Below, one piece after another: positions 49,878-60,665 of a stretch of 64,000 bases of DNA. Position 1 is the stretch's first letter; each line of letters starts with the position of its first letter. The notes under the pieces are model-generated. The model was not told where the DNA came from and searched no databases. It saw only the letters and a program-made list of their open reading frames with translations. Position numbers and translations under genes: made by a program. The stretch covers positions 7,876,001-7,940,000 of the forward strand of contig CM075991.1 of assembly GCA_038087875.1 (NCBI GenBank), read 5' to 3'. Origin of the DNA: Malacoraja senta (taxonomy: Eukaryota).

Positions 49878-50208
49878 GTTAAAGAAGGAACTGCAGATGC
49901 TGGAAAATCGAAGGTACACAAAAATGCTGGAGAAACTCAGCGGGTGCAGCAGCATCTATGGAGCGAAGGAAATAGGCAACGTTTCAGGCCGAAACCCTTC
50001 TTCAGACTGATAGGGGGTGGGGAGAAGAAAGGAAAAAAGGAAAAAAGGCGGAGGAGGTGCCCGAGGGCTGGGGTAGGGGAGGAGACAACCAGAGGGCTGA
50101 TGAAGGGGAGGGGACAGCAAGGGCTAGCAGAGTTGGGAGAATTCAATGTTCATGCCCCCAGGATGTAGACTGCCCAAGCGGAATATGAGGTGCATTTAGG
50201 TGCATTAG
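49878..50208 (-). mobile_element. Penelope-like 3' end
   Basis: 13-bp TSD gcccactttaggt; HLIFRLGSLHPGGMNIEF. Confidence 0.85.
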
Positions 50209-51149
50209 GCCCACTTTAGGTATTGTAACAGGGGCTGCGACCTCACATACTCCATGTAGACGTGGAACACAGACTCTTCCAGCCTGCAAGAGTTGATAGC
50301 GCCCCTGTTCTTGAGCCCGGTCTCAGAAAAGCGCTGCAATGCCTCGTCATCTGAACCCATCGTTTTCTGCAAACCAGCTATACCAGCCTGCACGCCTCCC
50401 TCCCGCGTGTAATTACTTATCCGCGTTGTTTATCTGTCTCTGTGGTGAATTAATGTCACTGATGCACCACGGCTCCAAAACCAATCAATTAACCTAATCG
50501 CTCATTTCCGTGAAGTGCAGAGTTAGAGCGAGTGCCGCAGACTTGTCATGGATAAGCATCTTCCCATTAGATTGCTCTCCCAATGTTTGATCATGCTTGC
50601 GGATAGTGAGGTTGAAAAGAAGCAGCAAGAGACAGGGCTGATTAATGGGTGTACACTCTCCATCAGAACTTGTCTTGTTCTGACAAGGAATCTATCGGCT
50701 TGCAAAGCTCGACACATTTTCTGTTTTCATTTCTCCATTGTCGGTGGAATGATGTTCATTTCATTATTGTTGGCATGTTTCAGCGTGGTAACTGCAACAA
50801 GCCTCAAAGAGCAGGAATTATTGACGATGTGCATGCACAGCATGTAATAGTTTAAAGTCGAGGCATTTATTTCACTTGTCTTTCACTCAGTGAATTAAAG
50901 TTGCTTTTAAAAAATATATATCTTCTGCCTTGTCACGGAATTTACATGTTTACTGAAGCTACGTTCTTGTTGCTTTCTGATTATCGAGCTGTCAGAGTTT
51001 CTATGCCAAATAGTTATATCCTGACCCCGCATCTTTCATGCGGGATCTGTACAGCGGTTGTGTTTGCAAAAGTCCTACTGGGTTTGAAGCACTTTCCAGA
51101 AAGATGTCTTTATTTATTTCCCTTGCCTTTATTTGTCAGTGTTGGCTAT

Positions 51150-51685
51150 AAGTTTAGTTTAGCTTGGAGTTACAGCGCAGAAACAGGCCCTTCGGCCCGA
51201 CGAGTCCGTGCCGATCAGCGATCCCTGCACACTTACACTACAGGGCCTGTCCCACTTGGGCGTCATTTGCGCATAATTTATGCGACATCATTTACGCGTC
51301 ACGGCACCCGCGTCATACATGGTGTGCATTAGACACGCATGGTGTATATTACGCGCGCATGGCGTGTGGTGATGTAGGCAGTGTCGCGCGCAGCGCCCCA
51401 GGATTTTGGGATGTACAAAATCTTCGCGCGCCATCTGCGTGACGTGCAAATGACGCACAAGTGGGACAGGCCCTTACCCTACACATCATGGACAATTTAC
51501 ATTTATACCATGCCAGTTAACCTACAAACCTGTACGTCTTTGGAGTGTGGGAGGAAACCAAAGATCTCGGAGAAAACCCACCTGGGTACAAACTCCGTAC
51601 AGACAGCACCCGAAGTCAGGATCGAACCCAGGTCTCTGGCACTGTAATCGCTGTAAGGCAGCAACTCTACCGCTGCACCACCCTG
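51150..51685 (-). mobile_element. SINE containing a MITE
   Basis: SINE is contiguous once 51242-51477 is removed. Confidence 0.8.
51242..51474. mobile_element. Harbinger-like MITE (CpG-rich subfamily I)
   Basis: TIR agggcctgtcccacttg..cgtcatttgc; 3-bp TSD TAC. Confidence 0.85.
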
Positions 51686-51897
51686 CAGCCCTGTTAATAA
51701 ATGTGTGAAGCATCTTACGTAGTGTCTAAACAGTGTCACACAACTGAAGAAAGGCTCCTCCATAACGGTAAATCTTTAAAGGAGTAATCAACTGTCGCAA
51801 GACATTTGGAGAGGAAAAAAATAAAAAATAAAAATATCGACCTCATATCAGTTTCAGATCTTGTGAAAAGAGAAAAAGAACCAAAGTCCGATCAATG

Positions 51898-52320
51898 AAG
51901 ACACAAAGTGCTGGAGTAACTCAGTGGGTCAGGCAGCATCTCTGGAGAACATGGGTAGGTGACGTTTTTGGGTTGAGACCCTTCTTCTGACTGGGAAAGC
52001 CCCCTACCCAAAAACCTCACACGTCCATGTTCTCCAGAGATGTTGAGTTGCGCCCATCATTTTGTGTCTTTCTTGTAAACCAGCAACTTCAGGTCCCTGT
52101 TTCTAAAGCCCTATAAATACCTGGCCCTAATGCCGAAGTTATCTTTACAACCAACTGGTATACTGAACATGTGTCGGAAGGAACTGCAGATGCTGGTCTA
52201 CACGGAAGATAGGCATAAAATGCTGGAGTAATTCAGCGGGTCAGGCAGCATCTCTGGAGAATAGGTGATGTTTCGGGTCGAGACCCTTCATCAGGCTGAG
52301 AGTCAGGGGAGGGAAACTGG
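51898..52320. mobile_element. Penelope pLTR cluster (inverted pair plus minus unit)
   Basis: pLTR motifs. Confidence 0.7.
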
Positions 52321-52511
52321 AGGTGTTATACTGAACAACAGTTTAAACTGTTTCTGGTTATAGTAAATGAGGGAAGAATGTTGGCCCAGACACTGGAGTT
52401 CACTTTCCCCATTCTTCCAACTCCATTTGATATTTTGTACGTGGCTAAACAAGCCTTCTTGGCTCAGAACGTTGTCCTTGGCAGTTTGTTTGCAGCATTA
52501 AAGCAGCAGTA

Positions 52512-52738
52512 AGCCCCTGTCCCACTTTCACGACCTAATTCACCACCTCTGCCGAGTTTGCCCCTGACTCATACTCGCAGCATGGTCGTCACGAGGTCGT
52601 AGGTACGTCGTAGCAGGCCGTGATGCTAGTCGTAGGTACTCGTGGCATCAAGTAGGTCGGAGCGTTTTTCTAGCCTGATGGAAAATGTCCACGAGTAAAA
52701 AAGGTCGTGAATTAGGTGGTGAAAGTGGGACAGGCCCT
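52512..52738. mobile_element. Harbinger-like MITE, subfamily IV
   Basis: cctgtcccactttcacgacctaattc / gaattaggtggtgaaagtgggacaggccct; TAA flank. Confidence 0.8.
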
Positions 52739-52831
52739 TAAATAATCTTCCTTGTAGACTATCAACTAAAGCTGCTGCCAATTGGGACAGGAATGCCAAA
52801 GTAGACAGAAGTGGGAATAACTATGTTTCTC

Positions 52832-53120
52832 TTAGTTTGGTTTAGTTTAGTTTAATTTAGTTTACAGATAAGGCGCGGAAACAGGCCCTTCGGCCCACCG
52901 AGTCCGCACCGACCAGTGATCCCTGCATATTAACGCTATCCTACACCCACTAGGGACATTTTTTACATTTATACCAAGCCAATTAACCTGCAAACCTGTA
53001 CGTCTTTGGAGTGTGGGAGGAAACCGAAGATCTCGGAGCAAACCCACGCAGGTCACGGGGAGGACGTACAAACTCTGCACAGACAGCACCCGTAGCCAGG
53101 ATCGAACCCGGGTCTCTGGT
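52832..53120 (-). mobile_element. HE1/V-SINE-like SINE
   Basis: reverse complement of consensus. Confidence 0.85.
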
Positions 53121-53811
53121 TTGGTCGGCATGAAGCTGAGTGAAAGTATCACTGACCTTTGCACAGTAACATCTATTGAAGGCGAATTGACTAAATCTGC
53201 AGGAGTTGGATTCCGCGCAACAGGTACTTTCGCCAGCATTCAGCGCAGGCGACCAGATACATTTTCCCCAGTACCTTCATTGTTGGGGATATTATTCTAG
53301 CCAGTGTGTAAACGCAACTGCTTTGTGAAACGTAGTCTTTGGAACAGCAGTCTAAGCCAGTGCATTGCTGAGACAGCCACCTGCATCTCAGGATTAAAAA
53401 TAGCTGCTAAACATGACAAATGTGAGAAAAATAACAGGAAGAAAGTTGCTTCAAACATCTTATTGAAGAGTTTCGGATTTATAAAGGGAGTGCATAACAA
53501 ACATAATGATATTTTGAGTCAGGGAGGGATACAGCATGGAAACAGGCCCTTCAGCCCATCAAGTCTGTGCCAACCACCTACCACCCATTTACACCAACCG
53601 CATTAATGGCGATTTTTATTCTCACCACTTCCTCATCAACTGCCCCGACTATCACCACTTATGCAACTTACTGAGGGCAATTAACAGATCAATCTGCATC
53701 TTTGGGATGTGGGAGGAAACCAGAGCACCCGGTAGGAAATCTACGTGGCCATAGGAAAAACATACAACTTCCACACAGAAAGCAGGCAGGGTCAGAGGCC
53801 AGCAGTGGTCA

Positions 53812-54247
53812 CTTTGGCTTATACTCGCTAGAATTTAGGAGATTGAGAGGGGATCTTATAGAAACGTACAAAATTCTTATGGGGTTGGACAGGCTAGATG
53901 CAGGAAGATTGTTCCCGATGTTGGGGAAGTCCAGGACAAGGGGTCACAGCTTAAGGATAAGGGGGAAATCCTTTAAGACCGAGATGAGGAAAAACTTTTT
54001 CACACAGAGAGTGGTGAATCTCTGGAACTCTCTGCCACAGAGGGTAGTCGAGGCCAGTTCATTGGCTATATTTAAGAGGGAGTTAGATGTGGCCCTTGTG
54101 GCTAAAGGGATCAGGGGGTATGGAGAGAAGGCAGGTACGGGATACTGAGTTGGATGATCAGCCATGATCATATTGAATGGCGGTGCAGGCTCGAAGGGCC
54201 GAATGGCCTACTCCTGCACCTATTTTCTATGTATCTATGTATCTATG
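53812..54247 (+). mobile_element. CR1 LINE 3' end (young)
   Basis: GLYSLEFRRLRGDLIETYKILMGLDRL...; nearly identical to the 49170 copy. Confidence 0.9.
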
Positions 54248-54306
54248 TCACTGTCTTAACTCTTTAAATGGCGTCCGATTATGTACACGTTGAAAGATCC
54301 TAATAT

Positions 54307-54444
54307 CTTCTTCTTGCGTATGGCGTGCACAGCCTAAAGTTGTAGGACAACCTGTTCTATTTGTTCTTATTTGATTGTGCACGCCAGGTTGATTGCATTC
54401 GTTGAAACAGGGTGGACCACGTGAAGGTTGCAATCTCCCACCCC
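54307..54444 (-). mobile_element. ribozyme-headed mini-SINE, copy 4 (best preserved)
   Basis: perfect 10-bp TSD atcctaatat (54297-54306 / 54445-54454); (AAG)n tail. Confidence 0.85.
54391..54444 (-). ncRNA. minimal HDV/CPEB3-like ribozyme (predicted)
   Basis: GGGGTGG-GA-GATTGCA-ACC-TTCACGT-GGT-CCACCCT-GT-TTCAA-CGAA-TGCAATC. Confidence 0.75.
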
Positions 54445-54499
54445 ATCCTAATATGACACATCATAAAGAATAATTTGTTTCATCAGAGTATCCAAATTA

Positions 54500-54790
54500 A
54501 GGCGTGCAGTGGCGCAGCGGTAAAGCTCCTGCCTTACAGGGCATGCGGCGCCAGAGACCCGGGTTCGATCCTGACTACGGGTGCTGTCTGTACATAGTTT
54601 GTACGTTCTCCCCGTGACCACGTGGGTTTTCTCCGAGATCTTCAGTTTCCTCCCACACTCCAAAGACGTACAGGTTTGTGTCAGGTTTAATTGGCTTGAT
54701 ATAAGTGTAATTTGTCCCTAGTGTGTGTAGGGTAGCATTAATGTGTGGGGATCGCTGGTCGGGAAGGACTCTAATCTACACTAAACTAAA
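54500..54790 (+). mobile_element. HE1/V-SINE-like SINE
   Basis: consensus features. Confidence 0.85.
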
Positions 54791-55014
54791 ATTGTATATC
54801 TAGCCCCAAATTTTCAGGTCCCAATTTGGAATCTGACTGCCGTACTAACCACATCATTGTGGGCGGAAGAGTGACATTGTAAAGAGCTGGTCTCCTGAAC
54901 TGTCTGTGTGAAGTTTGCAGGTTCATGCTGTCATGGCATGGTTTCTTCCAGGCGCTCCAGGTTTTTCCCACATCCCAGTGACGGGAAGTTGGTGGGATAA
55001 ATGGCTGGGTAGTA

Positions 55015-55312
55015 AATGGTTTCCACTGGTGGGAGAGTCTGCGACCAGTGGTGATAGCCTCGGAATTAAAGGGCGCTCTTTTAGAAAGGAGGTGAGGAGG
55101 AATTTCTTCCGTCAGAGGGTAGTTAATCTGTGGAACTCATTGCCACAGAGGGCTGTGGAGGCCAAGTCAGTGGATATTTTTAAGGCAGAGATAGACAGAT
55201 TCTTGATTAGAACGGGTGTCAAGGGTTATGGGGAGAATGAGAGAAAATGGGATCAGCCATGAGTGAATGGCAGAGTAGGCTCGATGGGCTGAATGGCCTA
55301 ATTCTACTTGTG
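55015..55312 (+). mobile_element. CR1 LINE 3' end
   Basis: FPLVGES...FRKEVRRNFFRQRVVNLWNSLPQRAVEAKSVDIFKAEIDRFL. Confidence 0.85.
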
Positions 55313-55741
55313 AAGGATCAGAAATGCATGAGAACGCTGCTTCAACAGTCCAGCACATCTTAAGTAGTGTCTGGTTAACAAGGAACTGTCGTCAAAGAAC
55401 TTCCCAGGGCACTGGCAATTAGCAATGACAGACCCTTATCAAGAGATTGTCAATTGTCTGCTGAAAATTCCAATTTACACAAGCTCTCTCATGAGAAGCC
55501 CGTTATTATTAGCTGCTTCAATTTCCCGTCAGATTCTGGTGTTCAGATGTGTTTCTGACAGATACACGTATTTCATGTTGAAACGCAGAGAAGGCCACAA
55601 GGTTTTCACCAGCTTCACTTTCATGCCTCGCCAGGGGACTGAGTCAGTGGAATTTTGCGAATTAGTGGCACAGTTGTTAAATTGCTGAACGCTGAGAGCT
55701 GGATGTGAAGAAAAAGGATCGGGCAGTTCTTCAGAAGAGGG

Positions 55742-56283
55742 GGAGCGGCAGGGTGGCGCAGTGGTAGAATTGTTGCCTTAAGGGCCTGTCCCACTTGGGC
55801 GTAATTTGCGCGTCATGCAGGTGGCGCGCGAAGATTTTGTGAATCCCCAAATCCTGGGGCGCCGCGCGCAACCGCGCGTCACTGCCTACGCCACCACGCC
55901 TCACCACGTGCCATGCGCAAGTAATGCACGCCGTGCGCGCATCACGTGCTCGTCGTGCAACGTAACGCGTAAATTATGTCGCGTAAATGACGCGCAAATG
56001 ACGCCCAAGTGGGACAGGCTCTTTACAGCTCTTACAGCACTTAAGACCCGGGTTCGATCCAGACTCCGAGTGCTGTCTCTACGAAGTTCGTACATTCTCT
56101 CCATGACCACGTGGGTTCTCTCCGGATGCTCAGGTTTCCTCCCACATTCCAAAGACCTACAGGTTTGTAGGTTAATAGGCTTCGGTAAATAAAATTGTGA
56201 AATTGTGTGAGATAGTGCTAGTGTCGCTGGTCGGTGTGGACTCGGTGGGCCGAAGGGCCAGTTTACACACTGTACCTCTAAGA
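55742..56283 (+). mobile_element. SINE containing CpG-rich Harbinger-like MITE (55781-56022)
   Basis: ttgcc-TTA-[agggcctgtccc...gggacaggctct]-TTA-cagc. Confidence 0.8.
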
Positions 56284-56997
56284 GGTCATGCCAGATGATG
56301 CAATTAACGGTGATGTGGTGTAGAAATAACATTGGAAGCAGGTCTGAAAAATGATTGTAGTTAATGTCCAAAATTTCACCGCTCAGCGCAATAAACCAGA
56401 CAAGAATAGAACGGATCAGTAGTTAATCTGCATTTATATAATTTGGACATTTTTCGACTGGAAACTAACTGCTGAACTATAACAACTTTTAAAAGACATT
56501 TGGACTGGTACATGGATACGAAAGGTTTTATAGGGATATTGGTCGAATGCAGGCAGGTGAGATCGGTGTAGATGGGCCAGCATAGACGTTGGGCCAAACG
56601 GCCTGTTTCCATCATGTACGACTTTATGACTCTGATCAATGGCAGCCTAGCCTTCATAGGCCAGGTCCCTGCTGTCTGAAATTCATTCAGCCTTCCTCCA
56701 CCTCTCTCCTTTCTTCTTGCAAGGAGCTTTTCAAAACTTACTTCTCTGACAAACCGAGGGTATTCTGATTAAGCTAGGTTACTGTCCGATTCACCTCTAC
56801 CCCATCCATGTCCATTAGTCATAGGAGCACAATTAGGCCATTCGGCCCATCAAGCCTACTCCACCATTCAATCATGGCTGATGTATCTTTCCCTCTTAAC
56901 CCCATTCTCCTGCCTTCTCCCCATAACGCCTGACACCCGTACTTATCAAGAATCTATCAATCTCAGCCTTAAAAATATCCATTGGCTTAGTCTCCAC

Positions 56998-57413
56998 CAA
57001 AGATCCTATAGCGGAGCAAGATAGACCACTCCTGCTAAATGCAATGGGCTGACATGTATTAAGCAACGGAGCGGAACGTGGGCCTTTTTTTCATCCATTT
57101 CAGTAACCGGACCCGACCCAACTCAACCCGCAGTGTAATCAACGTTGCGGGGGAACATGTGGGAGTTTGTGTTAATAAATTAAAATTCTGAAAATGAGGA
57201 GAAGATTTTTACCAAATAACTTTTATTTTTACGAGGATGTTTCCGTAACCGGCATCCGTCTCCGCACTAGTATCTTTGCTCCGCTATGGGATCTTTGGTG
57301 CGGAGACGGAAGCCGGTTACGGAAATGGGGCCGAAAATTACCCATGAATCTGCCCATGACCGTACTACGTCTTTTTCGTCGAGTGTTCTACCTTGCTTGC
57401 TATAGGATCTTTG
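56998..57413. mobile_element. non-autonomous DNA transposon with 8-bp TSD (hAT- or P-like), inserted in a CR1 tail
   Basis: TIR caaagatcctatagc / gctataggatctttg; TSD gtctccac on both sides. Confidence 0.85.
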
Positions 57414-57954
57414 GTCTCCACAGTCATTGTCTATGGAATCGGTGCGCTACAATGCTGAGAACTATATTCTATACTCTGTATCTTCCCTTTGCTTTGCCTG
57501 TGCTTGTGTTTGGCTTGATGGTATTTATGTATAGTATTACCTGATTTGACTGGAGAGAATGCAGAACAAAGCTTTACACTGTACCTCGATACATGTGACA
57601 ATTATAAACTTAAACCGTTGCCTGTCTGTTCCTGTGACTCGGTTTTTATTCCAAATAAAGTACCTTTGGGACATTTTTACGACTGAGAATGTGCAGTATA
57701 TATGCGAGTTTGTACTACAGTTCAGGTCATTGGAGTGAGCTGCAGTTGTCAGTGTGAAATCCCAGCAGACGTGACCCAGGGTGAGAGGTGAGGCTGCGAC
57801 AAGCTAGTCTTGTCCCTCTGGGTCTGTCCTCAGGCCTCCTCACCAACCACAACACAATGTGAAATCATACAAGGACCCACAAGCGCTGAACGTGATTGAA
57901 ACCCTCCGAGTCAGGGTCGACCGGTTAAATGTGAAGACAGAAAGACTAGCAATG

Positions 57955-58090
57955 TCAGAGCAATACATGACTTCAGGATGTCTTCAAACAATGAGGTGCT
58001 TACAACATATATCGTGGGAGTAAAATGGGATTTGCAGCTTCTGCTTTGGCGCCCACAAACAGCAATGTGATAAGGACCAGCTAGGTCTTC
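57955..58090 (-). mobile_element. DeuSINE 3' remnant
   Basis: cccacaaacagcaatgtgataaggaccag. Confidence 0.45.
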
Positions 58091-58355
58091 TGTCCTGATG
58101 ATATAAGGGAGGGATGAACATAGAACATAGAACAGCACAGGAACAGGCCCTTCGGCCCACAATGTCCATCCCATACAAGACGTCAAGTTTAACTAATCTC
58201 CTCTGCCTGCACGTGACCAATATCACGCCATTCTCTGCATATATGTGCCCATCTAAAAACCTCTTAAATGCCTCTATCACCATCCCTGGCAACATGTTCC
58301 GGGCACCCACCAGTCCTTTAAACATTGCCCCTCTCACCTGAAAGCTATGCCCTCT

Positions 58356-58768
58356 CTTAGGCCCCCTTCGGTCATGGCTGACCATGGGTGTCTCCAGGGT
58401 GCTATTCCCTATATGGAGGACGCCTGTGGGTGACTTTGTTTAACGTAGGGAGACTGGTGCACAGACAGCCACCCCACGGTCCTTGACAGATCTGGGTCAG
58501 GATCCAGTGGCGTGGAGTCCAAGATGACCGGGGACCCTTTTCTGCTGCAGCGTTCATCCGCCTTCCCAGCCGTTGTGACGCTCCACTAAGATCAACCATC
58601 ATCCTCCGCCTGTTCCACCATTGAGGTCTTGGTTGGATTGCACTTTGTCAGAGACCTCCCCCTCGACCTTACCGCCATGGGTGGCCCTACCAGGACCATA
58701 GCTCCAGACGGCATCGCTCTCAGGATCTCAGGACCACACAAGCTTCTCCACCACGACTAGGTGAGAAG
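58356..58768 (-). mobile_element. non-autonomous RTE-derived element inserted in a CR1/HER1 fragment (58115-58860)
   Basis: 3' end shared with the 3593/33587 family; 5' part similar to the 36471 element. Confidence 0.65.
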
Positions 58769-59324
58769 TAGGCCCGCTAGTCCTTGACAATTCCACCCTG
58801 GGATAAAGGTTCTGACCTATCTCTGCCTCTATAATTTTACACACGTTGCTCCGGTCTCCCCTCAATCGCTAGTTATCACATCGTGGGAAACCACTTTGAT
58901 TCTCCATTGGTTACAGTAACTTTTATGTTCTGCTGGGAGTTCAGACACGACCATCTATATCTCTCGTTTGTGAATTAATTGCCTTCTGCAAATTGCCCCT
59001 GATGTATAGGATGTGAAAGTGGGATAACATGGAACTAATGTCCCAGTGATCGAAAGTCAGCGTGGACTCTGCGATTACATCTTGCAATTATCTTGCACTC
59101 ATGCTTCTGTTTTGCTCGAGTTGTTGCATTTATTGTTGTATTGATCATGGTTGTTTCTGAGCTTCCTGTGAATGGAGACTTTCATTGCACTCCGGTGTAT
59201 AGGACAATAATCTAAACTAAATCTGAATCGAATCCAACCTCCGCAGAAGCTATAGACAGACACAAACTGCTGGAGTAACTCAGCGGGACAGGCAGCATCT
59301 CTGGAGAGAAGGAACGGGTCGGGT

Positions 59325-60363
59325 CATTGAGTGATGCAGCGTGGAAACAGGCCCTTCGGCCCAACTTGCCCACACTGGCCAACATGTCCCAGTTACACTA
59401 GACCCATCTGCCCGCATTAGGTCCATATCGCTCCAAACCTGTCCTCTCCTTGCTGTTTAACTGTTTCATAAATGTTGGGATAGTCCCTGCCTCAACTGCC
59501 TCCTCCGGCAGCTTGTTCTATACACCTACCGCCCTTTGTGTGAAAACGTTACCCCTCATATTCCGCGTCACCTTAAAACTATGCCCTCTGGTCCTCGATT
59601 CACCTACTCTGGGCAAGAGACTGTGCGTCTACCTGGTCTATTCCTCTTATGATTTTATACACCTCAATAAGATCACCCCTCATCCTCCTGCACTCCAAGG
59701 ATTAGAGTCCCAGCCTACTCAACCTCTCCCTATAGTTCAGACCCTCTAGCCCTGGCAACATGCTTGTAAATCTTCCCTGTACCCTTTCCAGCTTGACAAC
59801 ATCTTTCCTATAACATGGTACCCAGAACTGTACACAATACTCTAAATGCGGCCTCACCAACGTCTTATACAACTGCAACATGACCTCCCAATTTCTATAC
59901 TTAATACTCTGACTGATGAAGGATAATGTGCCAAATGCCTTTTTGACCACCCTATCTACATGTGACTCCAACCTCATGGAAACATGCACCTGCACTCCAA
60001 GATCCCTCTGCTCTACAACACTCCTACCATTCACTTTGTAGGTCCTGCCCATGTTAGACTTCCCAAAATGCAACACCTCACATTTTTCTGTATTAAATTG
60101 AATCAACTACTCCTCAGCCCACCTGGCCAATTGTTCAAGATCCTGCAGCAAGTTTTCACAACCATCTTCACTATCTGCAAAACCACCCGCTTTTGTATCT
60201 GCAAACTTGCTAATCTTGCCGCGTATGTTCTCATTCAAATCATTGATATAGATGACAAACAGTCACGGGCCCAGCTCCGAACCTTGAGGCACACAAGTCA
60301 CAGGCCTCCAATCTGAGAAGCAGCCTTCCACCATCACCCTCTGCTTCCTTTCATGAAGCCAAT
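59325..60363 (-). mobile_element. HER1/CR1 LINE ORF2 3' ~1 kb (decayed RT)
   Basis: QFNTEKCEVLHFG...EQRDLGVQV...MLQLYKTLVRPHLEYCVQFW...KLERVQGRFT; 3' tail shared with the SINE. Confidence 0.9.
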
Positions 60364-60665
60364 TTAGTTTGGAGCTAGAGTGGGGAAACCGGCCCTTCGG
60401 CCCATTGAGTCCGCACTGACCAGCGATCCCCACACACTAACACTATCCTACACACACTAGGGACAATTTACATTGATACCAAGCCAATTGGCCTACAAAC
60501 CCGTGCATCCGTGGAGTGTGGGAGGAAACCAAAGATCTCGGAGAAAACCCACGCAGGTCCCAGGGAGAACGTACAAACTCCATACAGACAAGCGCCCATA
60601 GTCAGGATCGAACCCGGGTCTCTGCCGCTGTAAGGCAGGAGCTCTGGCTTTGCCACCATGCCGCC
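60364..60665 (-). mobile_element. HE1/V-SINE-like SINE
   Basis: reverse complement of consensus. Confidence 0.85.

Noticed and set aside
49512..50168. 218-aa ORF
   Set aside because: Read-through across CR1 tail, antisense Tx1 and antisense Penelope fragments.
53148..53200. Possible 40-nt minus-strand exon (ctcctgcAG...aag|GTCAGT)
   Set aside because: Splice-like motifs alone at this length are common by chance; no recognisable peptide.
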